From Archangiaceae bacterium (GTDB lineage: Bacteria; Myxococcota; Myxococcia; Myxococcales; Myxococcaceae): DNA of 23,763 bases. The DNA lies in the NCBI GenBank assembly GCA_043750125.1, contig JAYVCD010000162.1:1-23763 (forward strand). Reading direction: 5' to 3'. Every line of letters starts with the position of its first letter. The stretch's first letter is position 1. Both the position numbers and the translations under genes were made by a program. The notes under the pieces are model-generated. The model ran no database searches, was not told where the DNA came from, and saw only the letters and a list, made by a program, of their open reading frames with translations. Below are positions 15,580 through 23,763 of this stretch, one piece after another.

Positions 15580-16968
15580 ATGAACTCACTGTTGGGCACT
15601 CTCGCACCGGGCATCACCGCCAAGCTCAATCTGGTGGCAGATCTCGCGTGGCTGTTCGCTTCAGTCATGCTCGCAACTCTCTGGTCGGGCCGGAATGTCG
15701 AAGGCGTCGAGCTGATCTGGTTCGCGGTGGCCGCCACTGCCACCTGGCTCATCACCAGCACCGCCGTCCGCCACTACGACCCGGCCTCTGATCGCGAAGT
15801 GATGGACGACGTGGCGCTGGTCAGCATCCTCGTGCTCGCGGTCTGCACCGTGCTGGCGTTGGTCAGTCTGATGGGGCCCGAGGCCTCGTCCTTGCCCCGC
15901 GTTCCTCAGTTTCTGGTCACGCTCTGGCCCGTCGCCCTGCTGCTTCGGATCCTCATCTTCCGGCAGCTGTCTGAACGAGAAGGTCCGCTCGATGAAGTGC
16001 TGATCATCGGTACCGGGCCGATGGGCCGAATCACCGCGGAAGATTTGATGAAGCGCGGTCGGCGCAAGGTGGTCGGTTTTCTTCGCTTCGAAGACGAGCA
16101 GCGTCCGGACAACCTCCGCGCCCCCTTTCTCGGCGTGGCTTCCGATCTCGAGACCATCTTGCGGTCGGTGCCGGTCAGCGAGGTCTACGTCGCCGGCAGC
16201 AACCTCAAGTACCCCGAGCCGATGCAGCGGGCGATCAAGACCTGCGAAAAGTTCGGAATTCCTTTCGCTCTGCCCGCCTACAGCTTCCGGCTCGATCGGG
16301 CCCGTCCCGTCGCCAGCAAGGCGATCGTCGATGGCTACCTGCACTATGTGTCGGTCGACGTGAAGCCCAGCCAGATGGCACTCAAGCGGCTGTTCGACAT
16401 CGTCTCGTCGGCCTGCGCTCTGTGGGTCCTGCTGCCGATGTTCGGAATCGTCGCGCTGATCATCAAGGCCAGCTCGCGCGGTCCGGTGTTCTTCAAGCAG
16501 CAGCGCGTGGGGATCCACGGCAAGCCGTTCAACATGCTCAAGTTCCGCTCGATGGTGACGAACGCCGAAGAGCTCAAGGCCACGCTCGAGAAGATGAACG
16601 AGATGAGCGGCCCGGTCTTCAAGATGAAGAACGACCCCCGCGTCACTGCGATCGGCCGCTTCATCCGCCGCTATTCCATCGACGAGCTGCCTCAGTTGAT
16701 CAACGTGCTGCGCGGCGACATGAGCATCGTCGGCCCCCGCCCGCCCGTTCCTCCTGAGGTCGCCAAGTACGAAGCCTGGCAGCGCCGACGCCTGTCCGTT
16801 CGTCCCGGTCTGACCTGCATCTGGCAGGTCTCGGGTCGAAACCAGATTTCGTTCGAACAGTGGATGTATCTCGACATGCAGTACATCGATCACTGGTCGC
16901 TGAAGAACGACATCAACCTGATCCTGAAGACCGTTCCCGTGGTCCTTACCGGCCGTGGCGCGAGCTAG
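15580..16968 (+). CDS. epsZ: Priming polyisoprenyl-phosphate hexose-1-phosphate transferase (WcaJ/WbaP family; EpsZ-like by synteny)
   Basis: Four N-terminal TM segments, Rossmann-like VLIIGTG, KRLFDI, GPVFFKQQRVG, KFRSM, DPRVT, SIDELPQLINVLRGDMSIVGPRP, PGLTCIWQVSGRN. Confidence 0.93.
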   Translation: MNSLLGTLAPGITAKLNLVADLAWLFASVMLATLWSGRNVEGVELIWFAVAATATWLITSTAVRHYDPASDREVMDDVALVSILVLAVCTVLALVSLMGPEASSLPRVPQFLVTLWPVALLLRILIFRQLSEREGPLDEVLIIGTGPMGRITAEDLMKRGRRKVVGFLRFEDEQRPDNLRAPFLGVASDLETILRSVPVSEVYVAGSNLKYPEPMQRAIKTCEKFGIPFALPAYSFRLDRARPVASKAIVDGYLHYVSVDVKPSQMALKRLFDIVSSACALWVLLPMFGIVALIIKASSRGPVFFKQQRVGIHGKPFNMLKFRSMVTNAEELKATLEKMNEMSGPVFKMKNDPRVTAIGRFIRRYSIDELPQLINVLRGDMSIVGPRPPVPPEVAKYEAWQRRRLSVRPGLTCIWQVSGRNQISFEQWMYLDMQYIDHWSLKNDINLILKTVPVVLTGRGAS

Positions 16969-16980
16969 AACCACGCGCTT

Positions 16981-18513
16981 GTGAACGCGGCCGTCAAACC
17001 TTCCAACGACGTTCTGATCGCCGTGCGCAACCTGGCCAAGCTGGGGGGCTCGCTCGGAATGACGTTGGCGATTGGCTTCATCATCCGCCCCCTGCTGCGG
17101 CGGTGGCTGGGCCCCGACGCGTTCGGCCCGCTCGACACCGCCGATGGCTTCACCGCCACGTTCTTCATCGTCCTCACCCTCGGGGTCGACGGCTACATCC
17201 GCAAAGAGATCCCCCTTCGGCCGGGTCACACCAACGACTTCTTCGCTTCCATCTTCCTGCTCCGGCTCGCGCTGTCGATTCCGATCTTCCTCGCGATGCA
17301 GGGAGTGATGATTTTTTTTCACTGGCCCCGCGAAGTGCAGGTACTCGTCTGGTTTCTGGGCCTGACGCAGTTTGTGCAGATGATGAACCTGAGCTTTGCG
17401 GCGCTGCTTCAGGCGCACACCACCGTCGACGGCCTGTCGGTCATCAACGTCTGCTCCAAGGTGGCGTGGGGCCTTGCCAGTCTTCTCGGCGTCTACCTGG
17501 GCTACGGAATCAACGCGGTGGCACTGGCTTTGCTGCTGTCCGAGACCGTGAAGGCAATCGTCTGTCTGGCGCTGTGCCAGAAGCACTTCCACCTTTCATT
17601 CGCTTCCTTCGGGTGGGGGCCGGCGAAGGTCATCGTTCTGGCGACGTTGCCGTTCTACCTGAACACCGTTTTCCACACCGTCTACAACAAGCTCGACGTC
17701 GTGCTCCTTCGGCAGATCACCGAAGGCCGCCTGGGGGTCCTTGCCGCCAATCAGGAAACCGGTTGGTACGGAGCGGCCGCAGGTCTCGGCGGCCTCTCGA
17801 TGCTCCTCGTCCCTCTGCTCAGTGGGGTGATGATGCCGCTGCTCGCGCGCGCCAAGGGCTCTGACCCGCTCGAGTACAGCCGGTTGATCAAGCGTTCCCT
17901 CGAGCTCGTCCTGACCGTTGCGATTCCCATTTCGCTCGCGCTTGGCATCGGGGCCGACGTGCTGATCTCAGTGATGATTGGCGACGCCTATGCCCCGGCG
18001 ACGCTCGCGCTGCGCCTGCTCTCACCGGTCTACCTCTTCATCTACGTCAGCATCATCAGCGCCGTCGTGCTCCAGCTCGAAGAGCGCGCCTGGACCCTGG
18101 CGATCATGTCCCTGGTCGGGCTGGGGGTGAACCTGGTCGCCAACCTGGTGTTGATCGGCCCCGCCATCGATCGCTACGGAGCCTCTTTCGGCGGGGGGGC
18201 CTGCGCCCTGGTGCAGATCCTCACTGAGGCCGGGGTCGCGATCACGATGGTCGCGATGATGGGCCGCCGCAGCCTCGATGGACGCACGGTGAAGATGTTG
18301 CTCAAGACCGGCGTGGTTTGCCTGGCCGTCATCGCCCTCGACCGGACCTTGCGCCAGCGCGTGCCGCAGCTGCCCGGTCTTCTGCGCATGGTTCTCAACG
18401 GTCTGGCCTATTTTTCCGGGGTCGTCGTCACCGGCGCCGTCAGCCCTCGAGAGATGATCGCCTTCGCCAAACAGGCCTTTCGTCGAAAAAGGCACGAACC
18501 CGCCGTTCTCTAA
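16981..18513 (+). CDS. wzx: Wzx-type oligosaccharide flippase (MOP family)
   Basis: 510 aa with many TM segments; RWLGPDAFG, YNKLDVVLL, ETGWYGAAA; located between the priming transferase and the OPX gene. Confidence 0.9.
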   Translation: MNAAVKPSNDVLIAVRNLAKLGGSLGMTLAIGFIIRPLLRRWLGPDAFGPLDTADGFTATFFIVLTLGVDGYIRKEIPLRPGHTNDFFASIFLLRLALSIPIFLAMQGVMIFFHWPREVQVLVWFLGLTQFVQMMNLSFAALLQAHTTVDGLSVINVCSKVAWGLASLLGVYLGYGINAVALALLLSETVKAIVCLALCQKHFHLSFASFGWGPAKVIVLATLPFYLNTVFHTVYNKLDVVLLRQITEGRLGVLAANQETGWYGAAAGLGGLSMLLVPLLSGVMMPLLARAKGSDPLEYSRLIKRSLELVLTVAIPISLALGIGADVLISVMIGDAYAPATLALRLLSPVYLFIYVSIISAVVLQLEERAWTLAIMSLVGLGVNLVANLVLIGPAIDRYGASFGGGACALVQILTEAGVAITMVAMMGRRSLDGRTVKMLLKTGVVCLAVIALDRTLRQRVPQLPGLLRMVLNGLAYFSGVVVTGAVSPREMIAFAKQAFRRKRHEPAVL

Positions 18514-18532
18514 AGTACTTTGGACTACGACC

Positions 18533-19129
18533 ATGAAGACCACTCGACTCTGGATGTTGCTGCCCCTGGCGCTGACCGCGTGCCGACATGACCCTGGCGT
18601 CTTCGTCGGGGCCGATGAATACGTCGCACCCACCGTCAATGAAGGCGAGTACGTCATTCGACCCGGCGACGTGCTCAACGTGCGTGTCTTTCAACAAGAC
18701 AACATGTCTGCCCGCACCCGGGTTCGAAACGACGGCAAGATTTCGTTGCCCTTCCTCAACGACGTGACCGCCGCCGGCTTCACGCCCGTGGTGCTCGGCG
18801 CGCAGCTTCAGACGCGGCTGAAGGACTTCATCAACAACCCGGTCGTCACCGTTTCACTGGAAGAAGTGCGGCAGCTGTCAATCTCGGTGCTCGGCGAAGT
18901 TCCCCGGCCGGGCATCTACCCGCTCGAGGTCGGCGCCGGAGTCCTGCAGGCGCTCGCGGCAGCCGGCGGCTTCACCAACTTCGCCTACCGCGACGTCTTC
19001 GTGATGCGAATGATGCCCTTCGGCGAAAAGCCGCTTCGCATCCGGTTCGACTACGAGAAGCTCGCCCGCGCCGAGGGCAAGGCCAGCACCTTCATGCTTC
19101 GCAGCGGCGACACCCTGCTGGTCGAGTGA
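18533..19129 (+). CDS. epsY: Short OPX (Wza-like) polysaccharide export lipoprotein, Poly_export + one SLBB domain (EpsY/WzaX-like)
   Basis: Lipobox LALTA-C, YVIRPGDVLNVRV, VRNDGKISLPFLNDV, VLGEVPRPGIY, ALAAAGG. Ends at LRSGDTLLVE with no C-terminal membrane helix. Confidence 0.9.
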   Translation: MKTTRLWMLLPLALTACRHDPGVFVGADEYVAPTVNEGEYVIRPGDVLNVRVFQQDNMSARTRVRNDGKISLPFLNDVTAAGFTPVVLGAQLQTRLKDFINNPVVTVSLEEVRQLSISVLGEVPRPGIYPLEVGAGVLQALAAAGGFTNFAYRDVFVMRMMPFGEKPLRIRFDYEKLARAEGKASTFMLRSGDTLLVE

Positions 19130-19138
19130 GCCTTCGCC

Positions 19139-20434
19139 ATGGGCCCGCTGGTGCTGATGCCGCTCTTGCTCGTCGCCCAGACCCATTCCCAATGGGAAGC
19201 GTCCCTGCGCACCGAGGTCCGAGCCCGCACCGCCACCCCTCAGGACAACGGCCCTGCCGCCGCCGGCGATGCCGAGCTGCGACCGCACCTGTCCGGCTCG
19301 GTCTTCAACGGTCCCTGGACCTTGAGTGCCAGCTACAGCCCCACCTTCCGCACCCGCGAGCCCTACGTCACCCAGCGGGCCGGCCGACCGCTGGGAGATC
19401 ATTCTCACGTCGCCCAGGTCGAAGGGGTCTGGGCGAAGGAAGGGTCGGCCCGCCTTTCCGTGGGCGAATTCTTCAACTACGGCACTCTGGACCTCTCGAC
19501 GCTCAATCGCGAAGCCGCGGGCGTGCCCGGGCAGCCCCCACCGCCTCTGCCGATTCAGCCCGTTCGCTCGGGCCTGGGGTTGATTCAAGAGCTCACCACC
19601 GACACCAGCGCCGGCATCGACTGGTTCCTCAGCCAGCGGCTGACCCTCACCACCACCGCGGGCTTCACCTACGGGGGGGGCGCCGATGCTGCTTCCCGCC
19701 GCAACCTTCCTCTGCAATCTGCGTATCGGGCCGGAGCCAAGCTCGGCTGGCTGGCCACGAAGCGCGATGTCATCGGCTTCAACCTCACCGGTCAGTACAT
19801 CCGGTTCTTCCAGGTGCCCGCCTACGATGTGGTGCCCTTCAACCCCGGCGCGCGGATCGTGATTGTCGAGCTGGCAGGAACCTACGCCCGCCTGCTCGCC
19901 GCCGAGACCCGCATGGATCTCATTGTAGGTATCACCGGCTCATTCGGCCAGCTGCCGAACACCACAGTGCCGGGTACCTTCCGAAACGTCAGCGGCTACG
20001 GGCCTCTGCTGGCGGCCGGACTCTCTCACCGCGAACACTTCAGAGCGCAGCAGCTCGATTTCCGACTCAATGGGCAGTTGGGGCCCTTTGTCGATCGCTT
20101 CGCGGGCACCGTCTACCAACGCGTCGAAGGCGGAGGCAGCCTCAGCTGGACCAACGTCCACCATGTGTCTGCGGGCTTGAGCGCCGGGGTGGCCCGATCT
20201 CTGCCGACCGGACTCGAAGCCGCCCTCACCACCGTCTATGCCGAGGCCGCCGCCGGCTACCAGGGTGACCCCTGGTGGCGCGTGGATTTGGTGGGACGGT
20301 TGTCGGTCGTGCACCAGAGAGGCGCCGCGGTGCCGTTGCCTTCTGCGCCTGAAGCCCAGTGGGTGGTAGGACTCTCTCTCACTCTCATTGCCGCAAGCGA
20401 ACAACCGCGAACAATCTCAGCTCAAGCAGAATAA
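19139..20434 (+). CDS. epsX: Outer-membrane beta-barrel partner of the short OPX (EpsX/WzpX-like)
   Basis: Short signal peptide and many amphipathic strands (WTLSASYSP, AGFTYGGG, VYAEAAAGYQ, QWVVGLSLTL); 9 bp downstream of the OPX gene. Name assigned by synteny. Confidence 0.75.
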   Translation: MGPLVLMPLLLVAQTHSQWEASLRTEVRARTATPQDNGPAAAGDAELRPHLSGSVFNGPWTLSASYSPTFRTREPYVTQRAGRPLGDHSHVAQVEGVWAKEGSARLSVGEFFNYGTLDLSTLNREAAGVPGQPPPPLPIQPVRSGLGLIQELTTDTSAGIDWFLSQRLTLTTTAGFTYGGGADAASRRNLPLQSAYRAGAKLGWLATKRDVIGFNLTGQYIRFFQVPAYDVVPFNPGARIVIVELAGTYARLLAAETRMDLIVGITGSFGQLPNTTVPGTFRNVSGYGPLLAAGLSHREHFRAQQLDFRLNGQLGPFVDRFAGTVYQRVEGGGSLSWTNVHHVSAGLSAGVARSLPTGLEAALTTVYAEAAAGYQGDPWWRVDLVGRLSVVHQRGAAVPLPSAPEAQWVVGLSLTLIAASEQPRTISAQAE

Positions 20435-20452
20435 AGAGGTTCTTAAAAGATC

Positions 20453-20842
20453 ATGGCATCGAGAGTCACCCTCACTCCGAAGTCCGCGCTCCTCGTCGAG
20501 GATGATCCGCCGCTGCGCAAGCTCGTCGCCGGCTACCTGAAGCTGCTGAACTTTTCGGTCATCGAAGCCGCGGACGGGAAGAAGGCGATGACCGCCCTGG
20601 GCGAACAGCGCTACGACCTGATCTGTCTCGATTTGATGCTCCCCGAGTCCTCGGGGTACGACGTGCTCGAGTTCATCCGCAAACAGGGGCTGGCAAGAGT
20701 CCCGGTGCTGATGATGAGCGCACGCTCCCTTCCTGAAGATCGCGCCCAGGCCGAAGAGCTCGGAGCGACGCTGTATCTGATCAAACCGTTCACCCGATCG
20801 GATTTCACCAAAGCGGTCAATGCCGTGTTGGAGGAGAAATGA
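20453..20842 (+). CDS. epsW: Single-domain (CheY-like) response regulator, EpsW-like by synteny
   Basis: ALLVEDD, DLICLDLMLPESSG (phospho-Asp), MSAR, YLIKPF; no output domain. Confidence 0.9.
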   Translation: MASRVTLTPKSALLVEDDPPLRKLVAGYLKLLNFSVIEAADGKKAMTALGEQRYDLICLDLMLPESSGYDVLEFIRKQGLARVPVLMMSARSLPEDRAQAEELGATLYLIKPFTRSDFTKAVNAVLEEK

Positions 20843-21288
20843 AAGTCGCCACCCCCGCACCCGAGATGCCATCGCCAGAGCTGCAGCGGCTGTGGTTTGC
20901 CACCTTGAAGAAAGACTGGAGCTCGCTGGTGGTGTTGCCCGCCCACCCCGGTGGAGCCGCAACCCACGTCGCCCGTGCCCTGGCCCAGGTCGCGGCCGTC
21001 CACAAAGATTGTCCCATCAAGCTCATCTCGGGCGAGGGCGCGGATCTGCAGAATGCCTCGCGGTTGATCATCGACATGACTACCCACGTCGCCTCAGGGG
21101 GCCTGGTCATCGTGGTGCTCGAGTCGGTCGTCAGCAACCCCGCGGGAATCCCGGTCGCCCTGGCTGCCGACGCGGCGTTGTTGTGCATTCAGCTGGGCGA
21201 AACGGACTTCGAGTCTGCCGAGCGCACCGTCGAGCTGTTGGGCGAATCGCGGTTCGTCGGTGCGGTCACCCTCGATCTGAAAGCCTGA
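20839..21288 (+). CDS. Minimal BY-kinase-fold protein lacking Walker motifs (EcpK/WzeX-like tyrosine pseudokinase)
   Basis: ELQRLWF..SLVVLPAHPGG..VARALA, VIVVLESV, AIPV-like GIPVALAADAALL..G.T..AERTVELLG..FVGAV follows the CpsD/CapB layout but lacks GK[ST] and D[ST]PP. ATGA overlap with the regulator gene. Confidence 0.68.
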   Translation: MKVATPAPEMPSPELQRLWFATLKKDWSSLVVLPAHPGGAATHVARALAQVAAVHKDCPIKLISGEGADLQNASRLIIDMTTHVASGGLVIVVLESVVSNPAGIPVALAADAALLCIQLGETDFESAERTVELLGESRFVGAVTLDLKA

Positions 21289-21292
21289 GAGT

Positions 21293-22231
21293 TCACCGCG
21301 CCCCAAGCGGAGTGCTGGGGCGGGGCTGCTTCGGCTCGGGGCGCGCCCGCTGGCTGGACTCCCCGGGCTTTTTCCCGCGCAAAGAGCCGAAAGTCGTCGC
21401 GTAGACCTGGGTGAACTCGGCCCCGATGAAGAGCACCATCGCTGAGTAGTAGACCCAGACCAGCAGCACCGCAAAAGACCCCGCTGCACCGTAGCTCGAG
21501 GCCACCGAGCTCTTCCCGATGTACAGACCAATCAGGAACTTGCCGATGTTGAAGAGCACCGCCGTCACTGCGGCGCCCAGCCAGACATCGCGCCAGGCAA
21601 TTTTGATATCCGGCAACACTTTGTAGATCATCGCGAACAGCATCGTCACCACCCCGAACGAGACGAGGAAGTTGGCCGTCTGCCACACCCGCTCGAACTG
21701 ACCGCTGTGCAGCCAGGCGCCGAGCGCTGAAATGCCCGCGCTGACTACCAGCGACGTGAGCAGCAAGAAGCCCACCCCAAGCACCATTCCGAACGAGAGA
21801 ATCCGGGTGCGCAGGAAGGCCACGACGCCATTGGTTTTCTTCGGCTCTACTCCCCAGATGTGGTTGAGCGCGGTCTGCAGCGCAGCAAACACCCCGGTTG
21901 CCCCAAAGGTCAGGATCACGATTCCGATCAAACTCGCCACCAGCCCCGCGCCCGGCTTGGCGGCGCTGGCCATCATGTCTTCGATGACCTTGGCTCCCGA
22001 TTCCCCGACCAGGCCTTGAATCTGATGCTGAATTTCACCCCGGGCCGCCTCGGCTCCAAAGATGCTGCCCGCCACCGCGACCGCGATGATCAGCGTCGGA
22101 GCGATTGAAAAAATCGTGTAGTAGGCGAGGCTCGCAGCGTGGGTCGGCACGTCATCGTCGATCCAGTCGGTGAAGGTCTGTTTCACCACCGTCCACAGAT
22201 TCGTCGCAGTCCTGCTCAGCATTCGTTGCAT
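21293..22231 (-). CDS. YihY/virulence factor BrkB family membrane protein; start uncertain (22222, 22231 or 22243)
   Basis: AASLAYYTIFSIAP, ALNHIW, FAMIYKVLPD, YGAAGSFAVLLVWVYYSAMVLFIGAEF. Confidence 0.92.
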   Translation of the reverse strand: MQRMLSRTATNLWTVVKQTFTDWIDDDVPTHAASLAYYTIFSIAPTLIIAVAVAGSIFGAEAARGEIQHQIQGLVGESGAKVIEDMMASAAKPGAGLVASLIGIVILTFGATGVFAALQTALNHIWGVEPKKTNGVVAFLRTRILSFGMVLGVGFLLLTSLVVSAGISALGAWLHSGQFERVWQTANFLVSFGVVTMLFAMIYKVLPDIKIAWRDVWLGAAVTAVLFNIGKFLIGLYIGKSSVASSYGAAGSFAVLLVWVYYSAMVLFIGAEFTQVYATTFGSLRGKKPGESSQRARPEPKQPRPSTPLGAR

Positions 22232-22361
22232 GTTCGTCGGCACCCCGTGGGCTCACGGGTCTTCACATCTCGTGCCTTTTCTCTTGCGGGGAAGCGCGCA
22301 AAGGCAGCGAGAAACCCTGCGTCGTTCTTTCTCACCGTGACGAAATGTCCCAACTGCCCGG

Positions 22362-22376
22362 TGGCACGGACGCTGC
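22362..22376 (+). promoter_or_regulatory. Putative sigma54 promoter for the GlsB/YeaQ gene
   Basis: TGGCACGGACGCTGC: consensus -24 element (TGGCACG) with correct GG-N10-GC spacing, about 45 bp upstream of the ATG at 22421. Confidence 0.68.
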
Positions 22377-22420
22377 CGATGAATTGTCGAACGAAGCACT
22401 TTTCATATGTAGAAATCGTC

Positions 22421-22682
22421 ATGAGCCTGATCGCTTTCCTCGTCATTGGCCTGGTCGCAGGCCTGATCGCCCGGGCCGTGATGCCGGGCAATCAATCGAT
22501 GGGCTTCCTTGCCACCACGGCTCTGGGCGTCGCCGGATCATTCGTGGGCGGAATGCTGGGGTCTTTGTTGAATTCCAACGGCAACTACCTGGCCATCGGC
22601 CCATCTGGTTGATCTTTTCAATCATCGGGGGATGGCAGTCCTGGCCCTGGTCGGTTTCGCTGGGGGCCGACGAATCGTCTGA
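22421..22682 (+). pseudogene. GlsB/YeaQ/YmgE family stress-response membrane protein with two apparent 1-bp deletions (pseudogene or sequencing error)
   Basis: MSLIAFLVIGLVAGLIARAVMPG..GVAGSFVGG..IGPSG stops at 22612. The expected tail continues in shifted frames: LIFSIIG, then MAVLALVGFAGGRRIV* (TGA 22680-22682). Confidence 0.85.
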
Positions 22683-22713
22683 TTGCCCCGCTGCCGCGGA
22701 GCAGTGAAAACCG

Positions 22714-22760
22714 GTGCCGGTGCCCGACCGTCATGTGTCCGGCACCGGCACTTTTGTTTT
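22714..22760 (+). terminator. Rho-independent terminator
   Basis: 11-bp perfect stem GTGCCGGTGCC (22714-22724) / GGCACCGGCAC (22741-22751) followed by TTTTGTTTT. Confidence 0.85.
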
Positions 22761-22915
22761 GATTGTTCGGCCCGTAAAACACTGCGAATTCAGGCGGATG
22801 GCTCGGCCTTAACAGTTCTTCAGGCCACTGATCGCGGGCCCTTCACAAACGCTTCCTAACTTCTGTTCACGCAACGGGCGCCAGAGCGGTGCCGGCGAAG
22901 CAGACGGAGGCAGTC

Positions 22916-23446
22916 ATGTTTGGTTTTCTGATCGGAACGGTTTCTCTCATTGGCTTGATCAAGGTGGTTCGGCACGGCCGCGGCTGGGGCGCGCACGGGT
23001 CGCGAGGTGGACCCCGGCGGTGGATGCTGCGCCGTCTCTTCGAACGGCTCGACACCACCCCCGGTCAGGAAAAGGTGATTCTCGAAGCAGTCGAGCAGCT
23101 CGAGCAAAATGGGCGTGCAGCGAAGGAGGCGTTCTTCGGGGGCAGGGTCGACATCGGCCGTGCCATGCGCGGAGAGCATTTCGACACCACCGCAGTGAAT
23201 GAGGCGTTCGAGAAGCAGCAAGCCGCCGTCGACGCGTTCAAGAAGACCGTGCTCGAGAACATGCAGAAGATTCACGAAGCGCTCACCCCCGAGCAGCGCC
23301 AGGCCGCCGGGAACTTGATTGAAAATGGGCCGCGCGCGCTCCACGGCGGCGGCTGCGGTCACGGTCACCGTCATGGCTTCGGTGGCGGTCGCCGCGGGCC
23401 CAGCGGGTACGAGCGCGGGTCCCAGTCTGCAGCTGTGAATCTCTAA
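22916..23446 (+). CDS. Spy/CpxP-like (periplasmic heavy-metal sensor family) protein with His/Gly-rich tail (176 aa)
   Basis: GGAGG at 22906-22910; N-terminal hydrophobic segment; LDTTPGQ and IHEALTPEQR (LTxxQ motifs); tail HGGGCGHGHRHG. Confidence 0.8.
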   Translation: MFGFLIGTVSLIGLIKVVRHGRGWGAHGSRGGPRRWMLRRLFERLDTTPGQEKVILEAVEQLEQNGRAAKEAFFGGRVDIGRAMRGEHFDTTAVNEAFEKQQAAVDAFKKTVLENMQKIHEALTPEQRQAAGNLIENGPRALHGGGCGHGHRHGFGGGRRGPSGYERGSQSAAVNL

Positions 23447-23482
23447 AGAAGTCCTACCCTTCAACCCAAGGAAAAGAACGTC

Positions 23483-23763
23483 ATGCGCAAAGGATTAATC
23501 GTGCTGTTGAGTCTGGGAGTCGTGGTGGGTTTCGGCTCCGGCATTGCTCGCCTCGCCCACCACGGCGGGGGCTGCCAGGATCGCTGGGACAATCGCTACG
23601 ACGGGCCCCGCGATGGATATGGCCGGTATGATCGATACGATCGTTACCCGGCTCCGCTTTCAGCCCCGGCACTCGCGGCCGTCGCTCCGGCCACCCCCGC
23701 CGCGCCGGTCTACATCGTGATTCCAGCCGCGCCCGCCCAGGCTCCGATCGTGGTGAACAATGC
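23483..23763 (+). CDS. Hypothetical membrane-anchored protein, 3' end outside the window
   Basis: AAGGA ribosome-binding site then ATG. Reads MRKGLIVLLSLGVVVGFGSGIARLAHHGGGCQDRWDNRYDGPRDGYGRYDRYDRYPAP... and stays open to the window end; not in the ORF track. Confidence 0.72.
   Translation, partial: MRKGLIVLLSLGVVVGFGSGIARLAHHGGGCQDRWDNRYDGPRDGYGRYDRYDRYPAPLSAPALAAVAPATPAAPVYIVIPAAPAQAPIVVNN

Noticed and set aside
15661-17592. 643-aa minus-strand ORF, and similar long antisense ORFs (4621-5670, 11715-12920, 14243-15094, 18878-19717)
   Set aside because: They mirror well-supported genes on the opposite strand, which is expected in high-GC3 DNA, and have no recognisable motifs.
22714-22751. 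Inverted repeat as a transposon end or CRISPR repeat
   Set aside because: Single hairpin with a T tail directly after a gene; no second copy, transposase or cas gene in the window.

Overview
GC-rich, gene-dense bacterial DNA. Gene content and order point to a myxobacterium (Myxococcota; inference). Left end: the 3' part of an O-antigen-type ABC exporter ATPase (wzt), translationally coupled to a degenerate methyltransferase-like/GT2 protein and to dusC, followed by a hexapeptide acyltransferase. Next come an orphan 133-aa gene with a sigma54-type promoter, a stand-alone methylmalonyl-CoA mutase catalytic subunit, a short gene remnant, a lipoprotein, a DUF4388-J-domain-TPR protein and yhbY. 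A minus-strand run encodes a WecG/TagA glycosyltransferase, dtd, a cytochrome c-fused copper monooxygenase (PHM/DBH-like), a ceramidase-fold amidohydrolase and a small beta-barrel. The right half holds a GNAT gene and a Myxococcus-type EPS export operon (priming transferase, Wzx, short OPX, beta-barrel partner, receiver-only regulator, BY-pseudokinase-like protein). The window ends with a YihY gene, a doubly frameshifted GlsB/YeaQ gene, a terminator, a Spy/CpxP-like gene and a partial ORF. No rRNA, tRNA, CRISPR array or mobile element was seen. All family calls come from motif recognition by eye; no database searches were run.
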